From positions 3,008,001-3,072,000 of the forward strand of contig OZ244065.1 in the NCBI GenBank assembly GCA_965215505.1: a DNA stretch of 64,000 nucleotides, given 5' to 3'. The notes under the pieces are model-generated. The model did no database searches. It saw only the letters and a program-made list of their open reading frames with translations, and was not told the origin of the DNA. Of the stretch, positions 53,979 through 63,899 are shown piece by piece. The translations under genes were made by a program, and so were the position numbers. The stretch comes from Capsulimonadaceae bacterium. Its GTDB lineage: Bacteria > Armatimonadota > Armatimonadia > Armatimonadales > Capsulimonadaceae. How positions within the stretch are numbered: position 1 is the stretch's first letter; each line of letters begins with the position of its first letter.

Positions 53979-54212
53979 CCCGGCCCATCGGTCTCGTCCC
54001 TGAAGGGCCGGTCTCCTCCCGGCTTCGCCGGTGGGCCGCCCCTTCGGGGCTTTGGAGGTGGACGCGACAATTGGCAAAACGGGTTGCCGACGGTGGGGGC
54101 GCGATCAGGAGCGGGGAAGCGGCAAGAAAACAGGGCGCGAAAAATCGCGCCCCTACAATCCGAAGCCCCGAAGCGGGCGGCCCATCCGTGTAGACCGGCG
54201 GTTCAACGCCGG
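53979..54212. repeat. Family C composite repeat (CCGGCCCTTCAGGGCCGG / CCCCGAAGCGGGCGGCCC) with a nested REP
   Basis: Inverted match to 58599-58790 and 63550-63640. Confidence 0.75.
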
Positions 54213-54226
54213 TCACATCGGGCCGC

Positions 54227-54757
54227 TCACTTGATCACCTTCACCTGGTCCGGGGCGGTCATCTCGATCTGGGCGACGCCGTGCGAGTTCGCGCTGAACT
54301 TGCCGCTGACCAGGACGTGCTTGCCGACCAGCGTCTTCAGGTCGGGGAACTTGGCGTAGGCATCCGGCTTGACGGTCGCCGTGACGGCATCGTGGTAGTC
54401 GGGCGCGAAGTCCAGGATGGCGAGGCTGTGGTCGCGCGGCGAGTAGACCTGGCTGACCGTCCCCTGGAACGCGCCGGGCTTGCCGACCAGCTTCAGGGCG
54501 TCGGCCAGGGCCTTGGCGTCCAGGGCCGCGCCGACCGACTTGTCGGAGGCCGCGACCGTGCCGAAGGCCGTCTTGGCGGCGACATCGGACTGGGCCGGGA
54601 ACGTCTTGTCCGCCGCCCCCGCCGCCGGAGCGGGGGCAGGGACGGCGGGCGCAGCGGGGGCGGCGGGCGCAGCAGGGGCGGCGGGCGCGTCGGCATAGGC
54701 CACGGCCGTCAGGGCCGTCGCGGCCAGCAGGAGCGGGAGGGCGGAACGGAGTCGCAT
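54227..54757 (-). CDS. Secreted OB-fold nucleic-acid-binding-like protein
   Basis: Signal peptide, Ala/Pro linker, GTVSQV...LDF...GKHVLVSGK. Confidence 0.7.
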   Translation of the reverse strand: MRLRSALPLLLAATALTAVAYADAPAAPAAPAAPAAPAVPAPAPAAGAADKTFPAQSDVAAKTAFGTVAASDKSVGAALDAKALADALKLVGKPGAFQGTVSQVYSPRDHSLAILDFAPDYHDAVTATVKPDAYAKFPDLKTLVGKHVLVSGKFSANSHGVAQIEMTAPDQVKVIK

Positions 54758-54820
54758 CGTGGGGACCACCTTTCTTGACAAGTCTTTCTTGACGACTCTT
54801 TCTTGACGGGCCTCTACGGA

Positions 54821-55738
54821 CTAGAAGCAGGTGCCGGCGGGTACGGGGCCGCCGCTCCGGCCGTCCGAGACGAGCCAGATGTTGTCCTGGGGGTGCGCGG
54901 TCACGTCGTACCCTTCCTTCTCGACGTGGAGTGACTTGACGTGTCCGTCGCAGAAGAGGTAGTTGCTGAGGCCGTTGCTGTGGTAGGACTGGTCCGGCGA
55001 CTGGGCGCCGTACCAGTACCCGTTGCCGGTCCCATAGTCGGCGGCATTGTTCCAGTGGCCCTTGACCATCATCCAGTCGCCGTCCTGGTTCGTGGAACCC
55101 GTATACTTGTTGTTGGCGGCACCCGCTTCGGGCAATGCCTCGAACAGCAGGTCCGTGTTGGCCGGGGCGGCGATGCGCGCCAGCGTGACCGGGATATCGG
55201 AGTTGTGCAGCGTGGCCTCGGGCGACCCGTTATACTTCGCCCCGGCGGTGTCCTTGGCGGCCGGCGTGAAGCAGGCGTCGGGGTCAATGATGGTCGTCTT
55301 GCCGTTGTACGTCGGCCCTGGATTCCGCAGGAAGATGTTCATGGCGTAGGACCGCAAATAGTGGTAGTCATGGGTCGGGTTGGTGTCGCTGGCGTCGCCA
55401 CCCTGGTAGTAGCTGGGCAGGTCCGGGCAGGCCCAGACGGTGGCGAGGGCGGACTTGGGGTGGGACTTGATGTACGGCTCCAGGGGGGAGTTGCCGGTGG
55501 AGTCGAAGGTGCCGAAGTCGAAGGGGGACATCATCGCCTCGTCGCCGTCCTGGGAATACTGGACGAAGGCGATGCCGAGCTGCTTCATGTTGGACTGGCA
55601 GGAGGCGCGGCGGGCGTTCTCGCGGACGGACTGGAAGACGGGGAAGAGGATGGCGGCGAGAATCGCGATGATGGCGATGACGACGAGCAGCTCGATCAGG
55701 GTGAAACCGGGCATGAGTGCTTTGCGGCGGGTGTGCAT
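54821..55738 (-). CDS. DUF1559 prepilin-type protein
   Basis: [24 protein letters not shown]. Confidence 0.93.
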   Translation of the reverse strand: MHTRRKALMPGFTLIELLVVIAIIAILAAILFPVFQSVRENARRASCQSNMKQLGIAFVQYSQDGDEAMMSPFDFGTFDSTGNSPLEPYIKSHPKSALATVWACPDLPSYYQGGDASDTNPTHDYHYLRSYAMNIFLRNPGPTYNGKTTIIDPDACFTPAAKDTAGAKYNGSPEATLHNSDIPVTLARIAAPANTDLLFEALPEAGAANNKYTGSTNQDGDWMMVKGHWNNAADYGTGNGYWYGAQSPDQSYHSNGLSNYLFCDGHVKSLHVEKEGYDVTAHPQDNIWLVSDGRSGGPVPAGTCF

Positions 55739-55908
55739 GGTCAGTGTCTCCTTGAAACGGAATGTTTTATATAAAAACCGCTTAATTATACACCAATTTT
55801 ATAAAAAACGGGTGAATGGTGGATTAAAATTTTCGGCGTCCCCAGCCCTGACGCCCGCGGCGGCGTCCATCCGCATGGGCCGGATGGACGGCCCGGCGCG
55901 GACGCGCC

Positions 55909-56781
55909 TCACCTGCACTGGGCGGAGTCATCCTGGATGGTCCACTCGCAGGGGGTGGACACCCCGTACCGACGCCACTTGGCGTGGCCATCGCCGTAGA
56001 GCGCGACGAATCCCTGGTTGTGCCGCATGGCGACCTTAGAGGCCGTGGTCGTCTTGAAGTGGTCCGTCCGGTCCTCCGACTGGATGCCGCGGATCGAATT
56101 GCCCAGGCCGCAGGAGAACTTGCCCGCCGTGGCCGTTTCCGTCATGCCGTCCACGATGCGGATGGTGCCGGACGGGTCTTCGATCTGGTTCTCGTTCAGG
56201 CCCACGGTCGTTCCGGTGCTGACGTACCCGGATTTGCTGCCCGTGGCCGCATAAAAGCCGGGCGTCTTCCAGGCCGTCGCGACGTTTGGGATCACGTTCA
56301 GGGAGTAGGAGAGCATGTGGACCTGGCGCACGTCCGCGGTCGAGCCGTCGCCCTCGTTGCCGTAGGAGTAGACGGCGGGGGTGTCGTTCGTCAGCCCGCA
56401 GTAGCTCGCGCCGACCGGGGGCGTGATGTAGGCCGGGTCCACCGCCTCACCGGCGGACCCGTCTGGGCAGACGAACACACCCTGGCTCTTGACATAAGGG
56501 TAGATGAGGGTCGGCCAGGAAGCGATGCTGTTGGTCGGTGCCCCGTTCAGGTTGGTCTGGGAGGGGACGGTGAAGTTGTCGGTGTCGTTCTCATACTGCA
56601 TGATCCCCTTCTCGATCTGGTTCATGTTGCTGAGGCAGGCCGTGCGGCGGGCGTTCTCGCGGACCTTCTGGAAGACCGGGAAGAGGATGGCGGCGAGAAT
56701 CGCGATAATGGCGATGACGACGAGCAGCTCGATCAGGGTGAAGCCCAGCACGGTGCCGCGCTTACGATGGACGAATGACAT
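55909..56781 (-). CDS. DUF1559 prepilin-type protein
   Basis: [24 protein letters not shown]. Confidence 0.93.
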   Translation of the reverse strand: MSFVHRKRGTVLGFTLIELLVVIAIIAILAAILFPVFQKVRENARRTACLSNMNQIEKGIMQYENDTDNFTVPSQTNLNGAPTNSIASWPTLIYPYVKSQGVFVCPDGSAGEAVDPAYITPPVGASYCGLTNDTPAVYSYGNEGDGSTADVRQVHMLSYSLNVIPNVATAWKTPGFYAATGSKSGYVSTGTTVGLNENQIEDPSGTIRIVDGMTETATAGKFSCGLGNSIRGIQSEDRTDHFKTTTASKVAMRHNQGFVALYGDGHAKWRRYGVSTPCEWTIQDDSAQCR

Positions 56782-57074
56782 GAATGAGGTCCTTTCGGTT
56801 CACAAGTGTGCCGGACGGAACGGCACCAGAGAAGGCATGAGGGTGGACACGGAAGGGCGATCGGGAGGCTACCGGGGACGTCTTCGTCGGGAGACAGCAA
56901 CGCACCTATTATACCGACTCAGGGCCGAAAAGTGGCGGGGCGGCGGGGGACGCGGCGTGTGATTTTTGCCGCACTTGCCGCCCTCGCCGGGCCGCCCCCG
57001 TTGAAGAAACCGCGCTTCGGGTAGAATCAGGGACAAACGTACTACAAACGCATGGTAGGGGGCTGAAGACGCGA

Positions 57075-58583
57075 ATGCAGGCAATGGAGCAGTTACAGGG
57101 CCATCTGGCCGAGGTCAAGGCATTGGGTGAGGCGGCGGCCGTGCTGGGCTGGGACCAGCAGACCTACATGCCGCCGGGCGGCGCGGGCGCGCGGGCGGCC
57201 CAGATGACGGCCCTCGCCTCAGTCATCCACGAGAAGGCGACCGGCGACGTCATGGCCGGCCTGCTGGGCGCGGCGGAGCAGGAGGGCGGCGGGCCGGACC
57301 CGGATTCAGACCGATTCGCCTTCCTGCGGGCCGCCCGGCGCGACTTCGACCAGGCGACCAAGATCCCCGCCGCCCTGGTGGCCGAGACCGCCCGCGTCAC
57401 CGCCCTGGCCTTCGAGCAGTGGGCGCAGGCGCGGGCCGAGAACGACTGGGGCCGGTTCGCGCCCTGGCTGGAACAGATACTAGACCTGACCCGGCAGACC
57501 GCCGACCACCTGGGCCACGGCGGGGAGCGCTACGACGCCCTGCTGGACCAGTTCGAGCCGGGCATGACGACGGCGGACGTCCGGGCCATGTTCGAGGCCA
57601 TCAAGCCGGACCTCGTCGCCCTGGTCAAAGCCGTCGCCGACCTGGGGCCGGGGGCGGTGGACGACTTGGTCCTGCACCGGCGGTTCGACGAGGAAAAGCA
57701 GCGGCAGTTCGGCGAGGGCGTCGTCAGAGCCTTGGGATATGACTGGAGCCGGGGCCGGCAGGACCGCGCCGTACATCCCTTCTGCACCTCGTTCGGGCGC
57801 GACGACGTCCGCATCACGACGCGCTTCGACCCGGACTTCCTGCCCGCCGCCCTGTTCGGCTCGATCCACGAGACGGGCCACGCGCTGTACGAGCAGGGCG
57901 TGGGCGAGCGCTACGCGGGCAACATCCTGGCCGACGGCGCTTCCTTGGGCTTCCACGAGAGCCAGTCGCGCCTGTGGGAGAACCTGGTGGGCCGGTCCCG
58001 CCCCTTCTGGCAGCACTTCTACCCCGGCCTCCAGGCCGCCTTCCCCGAGGCACTGGGCGATGTGGACGGCGAAAGGTTCTACCGGGCGATCAACAAGGTG
58101 GAACCGTCCCTGATCCGCGTGGAGGCGGACGAGGTCACTTACAACCTGCACATCCTGCTGCGCTTCGAGATCGAGCAGGCTTTGCTCTCGGGCGAACTGT
58201 CGGTGGCCGACGCGCCCGCCGCCTGGAACGCCAAGATGTCGGAGTATTTCGGCCTGACGCCGCCCGACGACGCGCAGGGCATCTTGCAGGACGTCCACTG
58301 GTCCGGCGGGGCTATCGGCTACTTCCCGACCTACTCGGTGGGCAACCTGCTGTCCGTCCAGCTCTACGAGAAGGCGAACGCCGATTTGGGCGGGCGGATC
58401 GAGGCGCAGGTCGCGGCCGGCGACTTCGCGCCCCTGCTCGGCTGGCTCAGGGAGAACGTCCACCAGTACGGGCGCAAGTACCTCCCGAAAGAGCTGGTCC
58501 AGCGCATCGTCGGCGGCCCGCTCGACCCCGCGCCGTATCTGCGCTATCTGAAGACGAAGTTCGGGGACGTGTACGGGATGTGA
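57075..58583 (+). CDS. Carboxypeptidase, M32 (Taq) family
   Basis: HPF, HETGH, HESQS, IRVEADE, QDVHW, GYFPTY. Confidence 0.96.
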   Translation: MQAMEQLQGHLAEVKALGEAAAVLGWDQQTYMPPGGAGARAAQMTALASVIHEKATGDVMAGLLGAAEQEGGGPDPDSDRFAFLRAARRDFDQATKIPAALVAETARVTALAFEQWAQARAENDWGRFAPWLEQILDLTRQTADHLGHGGERYDALLDQFEPGMTTADVRAMFEAIKPDLVALVKAVADLGPGAVDDLVLHRRFDEEKQRQFGEGVVRALGYDWSRGRQDRAVHPFCTSFGRDDVRITTRFDPDFLPAALFGSIHETGHALYEQGVGERYAGNILADGASLGFHESQSRLWENLVGRSRPFWQHFYPGLQAAFPEALGDVDGERFYRAINKVEPSLIRVEADEVTYNLHILLRFEIEQALLSGELSVADAPAAWNAKMSEYFGLTPPDDAQGILQDVHWSGGAIGYFPTYSVGNLLSVQLYEKANADLGGRIEAQVAAGDFAPLLGWLRENVHQYGRKYLPKELVQRIVGGPLDPAPYLRYLKTKFGDVYGM

Positions 58584-58598
58584 GAGCCTGACGGGGGG

Positions 58599-58790
58599 AC
58601 CGGCGCAAAACCGCCGGTCTACACGGATGGGCCGCCCACTTCGGGGCTTCGGAGAGGATAGCAGAAGAGGGCGCGATGAATCGTGCCCCTTCGATGACCG
58701 GATGGCATTGTCGTAAGCCCCGAAGCGGGCGGCCCACCGGCGGAGCCGGGGATAGACCGGCCCTTCAGGGCCGGGTCCCATCGGCCTGGT
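58599..58790. repeat. Family C composite repeat
   Basis: See 53979-54212. Confidence 0.75.
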
Positions 58791-58890
58791 TCGGCATACG
58801 GGGGGCCGGCCTGGCGCGTACAACGGCCTGGCGATCGGCCTCCGGCTCCTTGACAATTCCCCCCATTTCCTGTAAACTGGTGGGGACACA

Positions 58891-60027
58891 ATGAGCGACG
58901 TTTTCTATCCAATGCCAACCACAGAGCTACCACACAATAATACGGCCCGGCCGGGGCATGACATCATCGTCGTCGGTGCCTCGGCGGGCGGCGTCGAGGC
59001 GCTGGGCGAGCTGGTCAGCCTCCTGCCCGCCGACCTGCCCGCCGCCGTCTTCATCGTGCTGCACATCCCCGCCTACGGGACCAGCGTCCTGCCGGGAATC
59101 CTCAGTCGGCGCGGGCCGCTGCCCGCCGTCCACCCGGCCGACGGCGAGGCGATCCGGCAGGGGCGCATCTACGTCGCGCCGCCCGACCACCACCTGCTCC
59201 TCGAGAAGGACGGCACGGTCCGGCTGACGCGCGGGCCGCACGAGAACGGCCACCGGCCCGCCGTAGACACCCTGTTCCGGTCGGCCGCCCGCGCCTACGG
59301 GCCGCGCGTGATCGGCGTCGTCCTGACCGGCACGCTCGACGACGGCACGGCGGGGCTACAGGTCGTCAAGCGGCGCGGCGGGCTGGCCGTCGTGCAGGAC
59401 CCCGAGGAGGCCCTGTTCGCCTCCATGCCGCGCGCCGCCATCGAGGCCGTGGCCGTGGATCACGTCGCCGCCCTGGCCGAGATCGGCTCGACCCTGGCCC
59501 GCCTGGCGCACCTGCCCGCGCCGGCAGAAAGCGAGGCCCCCGTGACGCCTGACCTGGAAGACGAAGTCAAAGTCGCCGAGTTCGACATCAAGAACCTGGA
59601 AACCCGCCGCGAGGGCAAGCCCTCCTCTTACGCCTGCCCGGACTGCCACGGCGTCTTGTGGGAGGTGGAGGAGGACGACCTGCTGCGCTTCCGCTGCCGG
59701 GTCGGCCATGCCTTCTCGCCCGAGAGCCTCCTCGCCTCGCAGTCGGACGCCCTGGAGGACGCTCTGTGGACCGCCCTGCGCGCCCTGGAAGAGAGCGCGG
59801 CCCTGGCCGAGCGCCTGAGCGAGCGGGCGGGCGGGCGCGGGCACGGCCTGGCCGCCGACCGCTTCGCGCAGCAGGCGGCGGACGCGCACCAGCGGGCCGC
59901 GACCATCCGGCAGGCACTGCTGGGCGGCCAGGTCATCGCCGAGTCTGGCCCGCCCGCCATGGAGGAAAACGCGCGCAGCCTGTCGCCGCCGAACACCCTC
60001 CCTACTAGACTGGGGGGTGAGGCCTGA
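58891..60027 (+). CDS. cheB: CheB-type methylesterase with C-terminal CxxC domain
   Basis: GASAGG, VLH, RPAVD, LDDG, CPDCHG. Confidence 0.92.
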   Translation: MSDVFYPMPTTELPHNNTARPGHDIIVVGASAGGVEALGELVSLLPADLPAAVFIVLHIPAYGTSVLPGILSRRGPLPAVHPADGEAIRQGRIYVAPPDHHLLLEKDGTVRLTRGPHENGHRPAVDTLFRSAARAYGPRVIGVVLTGTLDDGTAGLQVVKRRGGLAVVQDPEEALFASMPRAAIEAVAVDHVAALAEIGSTLARLAHLPAPAESEAPVTPDLEDEVKVAEFDIKNLETRREGKPSSYACPDCHGVLWEVEEDDLLRFRCRVGHAFSPESLLASQSDALEDALWTALRALEESAALAERLSERAGGRGHGLAADRFAQQAADAHQRAATIRQALLGGQVIAESGPPAMEENARSLSPPNTLPTRLGGEA

Positions 60028-61991
60028 TGATCAGCGGCGGCATGAACGGCGGCGGGACGCCCGACGACGGCATGGAAGAGACTGCTCCCGAAGGAGCAAT
60101 GCCGGACGCAGAGGCCACCCCGGACACGGGGCCGGACCTGGAATTCGAGAATCTACTCTCCTATCTTAAATACAGCCGAGGCTTTGACTTCTTAGGATAC
60201 AAGCGCGCCAGCCTGATGCGGCGCGTGGACAAACAGATGGAGGCCGTGGGCGTGACGCGCTACGGCGACTATGTGGACTATCTGGAGGTCCACCCCGAGG
60301 AGTTCGGGCGGCTGTTCAATACCATCCTGATCAACGTCACCGCCTTCTTCCGGGACACGCCCACCTGGGACTATCTCGCCGAGGAGATCATCCCACGGAT
60401 CCTCGCCGCCAAGGCCGAGAACGAGCCGGTCCGCCTGTGGAGCGCGGGCTGCGCGGCGGGCCAGGAGGCGTACTCGCTGGCGATGATCCTGGCCGAGAAC
60501 ATGGGCGTCGAGGCGTTCCGCCGGCGCGTCAAGATCTACGCCACGGACGTGGACGACGAGGCGCTGGCGCAGGCCCGGTCCGGGTCGTACACCGTTCGCG
60601 AGGTCCACAGCGTCCCCGCCCCGCTGCTGGAAAAGTATTTTGACCGCGAGGGCGATCGGTACGTCTTCCACAAGGACCTGCGGCGCGGCCTGATCTTCGG
60701 GCGGCACGACCTGCTGCGGGACGCCCCCATCTCGCGCGTTGACCTGCTGACCTGCCGCAACGCCCTGATGTACTTCAACGCCGAAGTGCAGGCGCAGATA
60801 TTGGCCCGGTTCCACTTCGGCGTCGCCGACGGCGGGTTCCTGTGCCTGGGCAAAGCCGAGATGCTGTTCTCGCACGCGAACCTCTTCCTGCCGCTGGACC
60901 TGAAGCGGCGCGTCTTCGTCAAGGCCGTCCGGTCCGGGATGCGCGACCGGCTGCTGCTGATGGCGCGGGCCGGGGGGGAGCCGCTCGGCGTTTTGGCCGA
61001 CAACTCCCTGCGGCTGCGCGAGACCGTCTTCCAGTCCGCCCCGGTCGCGCAGATCGTCGTGGACCGGAACGGGGCGCTGGCGATGGCGAACGAGCGCGCG
61101 CTCACCCTGTTCCGCCTGTCCGCCCGCGACCTAGGCCGCCCGCTCCAGGACCTCGAACTCTCCTACCGCCCCGTCGAGCTGCGCTCGCTCATCGAGCAGG
61201 CCGTGGCCGGCCGCCGCCCGGTCAGCGTCAAGGAGGCATCCTACGCGCCGCCCGGCGGCGAGGCGGTCTACCTGGACGTGTCGCTGGTCCCTCTCCAGGA
61301 CGGCGGGGCGCTGCTCGGCACGGGCATCTCTTTCAGCGATGTCACCCGGTCCCGGCACCTGTCCGAAGAACTCCAGGAGGCGGGCCGCGCCCTGGAGACG
61401 GCCTACGAGGAGCTTCAGTCCAGCAACGAGGAGCTGGAAACCACCAACGAGGAACTCCAGTCCACGGTCGAGGAATTGGAGACGACCAACGAAGAACTCC
61501 AGTCCACCAACGAGGAGCTGGAGACGACCAACGAGGAGCTGCAATCCACCAACGAGGAACTCCAGACGATCAACGAGGAGCTGCGGGTGCGCTCAAGCGA
61601 GCTGGACCACGTCAACTCCTTCCTGGAGGCCATCCTGGGCAGCCTGCGCGGCAGCGTCATCGTGCTGGATGCCGACCTGCAAGTGCAGATCTGGAACGGG
61701 AGATCCCAGGGCCTCTGGGGCCTGCGCGCCGAGGAGGCGCAGGGCCGGAGCCTCCTGAGCCTGGACATCGGCCTGCCGGTGGAGGCCCTGGTCCCGGCGA
61801 TCCGCGCCTGCCTCACCGGCGCGGGCGACCCGCAGGAGATGACGCTGCAAGCGCGCAACCGGCGCGGCAAACTCATCACCTGCCGCGTGCGCTTCACCCG
61901 CCTCGCGCCGATGAATGGTGCGGCCCAGGGCGTCATCCTGGTCGTGGAAGAGCAGTCGCCCGCCGACATAGAGAGCATCAGTCGTGCCTGA
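60027..61991 (+). CDS. cheR: CheR methyltransferase + PAS + coiled coil
   Basis: INVTAFFRD, WSAGCAAGQE, CRN, ELQSTNEEL heptads. Confidence 0.92.
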   Translation: MISGGMNGGGTPDDGMEETAPEGAMPDAEATPDTGPDLEFENLLSYLKYSRGFDFLGYKRASLMRRVDKQMEAVGVTRYGDYVDYLEVHPEEFGRLFNTILINVTAFFRDTPTWDYLAEEIIPRILAAKAENEPVRLWSAGCAAGQEAYSLAMILAENMGVEAFRRRVKIYATDVDDEALAQARSGSYTVREVHSVPAPLLEKYFDREGDRYVFHKDLRRGLIFGRHDLLRDAPISRVDLLTCRNALMYFNAEVQAQILARFHFGVADGGFLCLGKAEMLFSHANLFLPLDLKRRVFVKAVRSGMRDRLLLMARAGGEPLGVLADNSLRLRETVFQSAPVAQIVVDRNGALAMANERALTLFRLSARDLGRPLQDLELSYRPVELRSLIEQAVAGRRPVSVKEASYAPPGGEAVYLDVSLVPLQDGGALLGTGISFSDVTRSRHLSEELQEAGRALETAYEELQSSNEELETTNEELQSTVEELETTNEELQSTNEELETTNEELQSTNEELQTINEELRVRSSELDHVNSFLEAILGSLRGSVIVLDADLQVQIWNGRSQGLWGLRAEEAQGRSLLSLDIGLPVEALVPAIRACLTGAGDPQEMTLQARNRRGKLITCRVRFTRLAPMNGAAQGVILVVEEQSPADIESISRA

Positions 61992-63351
61992 GATAGAGAC
62001 CCCGAACCCAGACACTCCGAACACGGGAACCCAGAACACGGAGCCTCCAAACCAAGACGGCCCCCAGGCCGTGCGCTCCCCGGAGGCACAGTCGCGCGCC
62101 GACGGCCTCCGGAGGCGTTCGGGGGCGTCCCCGAGCCGGGGGCTGCTGCCGGACGCCCTGGAGGAGCTGAACGCGACCGTCGAGGAGCTGCGCGTCGCCG
62201 AGGAGGAGATGCGCGCCCAGAACGAGGAGCTGATGCAGACCCGCCTGCGCGTCGAGGCCGAGCGGCACCGCTACCAGGACCTGTTCGAATTCGCGCCCGA
62301 AGGCTACATCATCACCGACCGCGACGGGCGCGTCCTGGAAGCGAACCGCGCCGCCGCCGAGATGCTGGGCATCGCGCCGCGCTTCCTGAAAGGGCGCGGA
62401 TTGGGCACCTCGGTCGCCCCCGAGGACCTGCCCGCCTACTCCGCCGCCCTGCGCGACGCCGACTCCCAGCCCCAGGAGCTGGCGGTGCGCCTGCGCCGCC
62501 GCCACGTCGGCCTGTTCCGCGCCGCCATCACCGTCGCCCACGTCGCCGCCCTGGGGGACCGGCCCACCACCCTGCGCTGGCTGGTCCGCGACGTTTCCGC
62601 CCGCCACGAGGCCGAGACCGCCCGGCAGGCCGACGCGGACCGGGAGCGGCGCACCGCCGAAGACCTGCGGCGCTTGCTTCTCCCCGCCCTCCCCGCCGCC
62701 GCGTTCGCCGGCCTGGCTGTGGAGGCGTTCATGCAGGCCTGGGAGGACGGCGCGGAGGTCGGCGGCGGCTTCTTCGACGCCTTCGCGCTGGGAGAGGGGG
62801 CTGTCGCCCTGGCGGCCGGCGTCGCCCTGGGCGGAGGCCTGGCTGCCGCCGCCCTGTCGGCCGAGTTCCGGTACGCCCTGCGCCTCCTCCTCCGCGAGAG
62901 CGGCCGCCCCGCGCCCGTTCTGGCCCGGCTGCACGAGGCCGCCTGCGCCGCCCAGCGCCTGGACGATGCGGGCGGCGACCGGAACGTCGCGGTGACACTT
63001 GCAGTCCTGGACACCCGGACCGGCGAAACCCTGCTGGCCTCGGCAGGCGGCGAGCCGGCGCTGCTCGTGCGCGCGGACGGCGCGGTCGAAACCTTCGCGG
63101 ACGTGAACCCGCCGCTCGGCGTCCAGCCCGGCCTCCTCTACGCCGAGACACCCGTAACGCTGAACGCGGGCGACACGCTGCTCCTGACGGCGGGCCTGGC
63201 GGGGACGCCCGGCCTGGCCGAAACCGCTGCCGCGCGGCACGACGCCCCCCTCGGCGTCACGGCCCAGGCCGTGCTGGACGCGGTCCGGGCCGAGTCGGGC
63301 GGCGCGCTCGGGTCGGAGGTCTGCCTGCTGCTGGCGCGGCGGGAGGGGTGA
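61984..63351 (+). CDS. PAS + degenerate SpoIIE/PP2C domain protein
   Basis: EELRVAEEE coiled coil, PAS, SpoIIE fold without catalytic Asp residues. Confidence 0.8.
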   Translation: MPEIETPNPDTPNTGTQNTEPPNQDGPQAVRSPEAQSRADGLRRRSGASPSRGLLPDALEELNATVEELRVAEEEMRAQNEELMQTRLRVEAERHRYQDLFEFAPEGYIITDRDGRVLEANRAAAEMLGIAPRFLKGRGLGTSVAPEDLPAYSAALRDADSQPQELAVRLRRRHVGLFRAAITVAHVAALGDRPTTLRWLVRDVSARHEAETARQADADRERRTAEDLRRLLLPALPAAAFAGLAVEAFMQAWEDGAEVGGGFFDAFALGEGAVALAAGVALGGGLAAAALSAEFRYALRLLLRESGRPAPVLARLHEAACAAQRLDDAGGDRNVAVTLAVLDTRTGETLLASAGGEPALLVRADGAVETFADVNPPLGVQPGLLYAETPVTLNAGDTLLLTAGLAGTPGLAETAAARHDAPLGVTAQAVLDAVRAESGGALGSEVCLLLARREG

Positions 63352-63439
63352 GGCGAGGAGGGAACCCGGAGCCAAACCGCCGGTCCACGCGGAGGGACAT
63401 CGGGGGATGACGCCGAAGGGAAAGAGGGCCGGGGAACGA

Positions 63440-63640
63440 GGGTCGGGTCCCCCGACCCCTACGGGGACGGTGTAGGGGCGCGGCAAGAGAAAGAGGGCGC
63501 GGCAAGCAGCGCCCCTACGAGGCCCTCCGGGCATCACGTTGTCCGAAGCACCGAAGGGGCGGCCCACCGGCGCAGCCGGCAATAGACCGGCCCTTCAGGG
63601 CCGGGGACTTCGAGGGCCGGGGGCTTCGGGGGGCCGGGAA
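63440..63640. repeat. GTAG REP cluster plus family C repeat
   Basis: CCCCTAC/GTAGGGG hairpins; CCGGCCCTTCAGGGCCGG. Confidence 0.7.
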
Positions 63641-63673
63641 CACCACGCCCGTAAATATTCTCCGTCAGCGCCC

Positions 63674-63703
63674 TTGACAACCCCCATTCCTTGCGGGTAG
63701 ACT
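63674..63703 (+). promoter_or_regulatory. tRNA promoter
   Basis: TTGACA...TAGACT. Confidence 0.65.
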
Positions 63704-63715
63704 TGCTTTGTGCGT

Positions 63716-63789
63716 GGCCTCGTAGCTCAGCGGATTAGAGTACTTCCCTCCGAAGGAAGGGGTCGCAGGTTCGAATCCCGCCGAGGTCA
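63716..63789 (+). tRNA. tRNA-Arg(CCG)
   Basis: Cloverleaf; anticodon arm CTTCC-CT CCG AA-GGAAG; GTTCGAATC T-loop; CCA not encoded. Confidence 0.95.
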
Positions 63790-63899
63790 CTCAGTTTTTC
63801 TCGTATCGCACCGCCAGAACTGCCCACCGCGCCCTGCGGCGGGCTTTCTTTTTGACGCTCTTTATCCTGTCCTTTCGACCACTTTTTAAGGAAACACCC

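Noticed and set aside
51498-56781. Diversity-generating retroelement acting on DUF1559 genes
   Set aside because: No reverse transcriptase and no adenine-specific TR/VR pair; the shared sequence is the constant N-terminus
61390-61580. 21-bp-period DNA repeat
   Set aside because: Explained by the known ELQSTNEEL coiled coil of CheR-PAS proteins
63716-63860. tRNA-anchored integrative element
   Set aside because: No duplicated tRNA 3' end or integrase seen; a terminator and a housekeeping kinase follow
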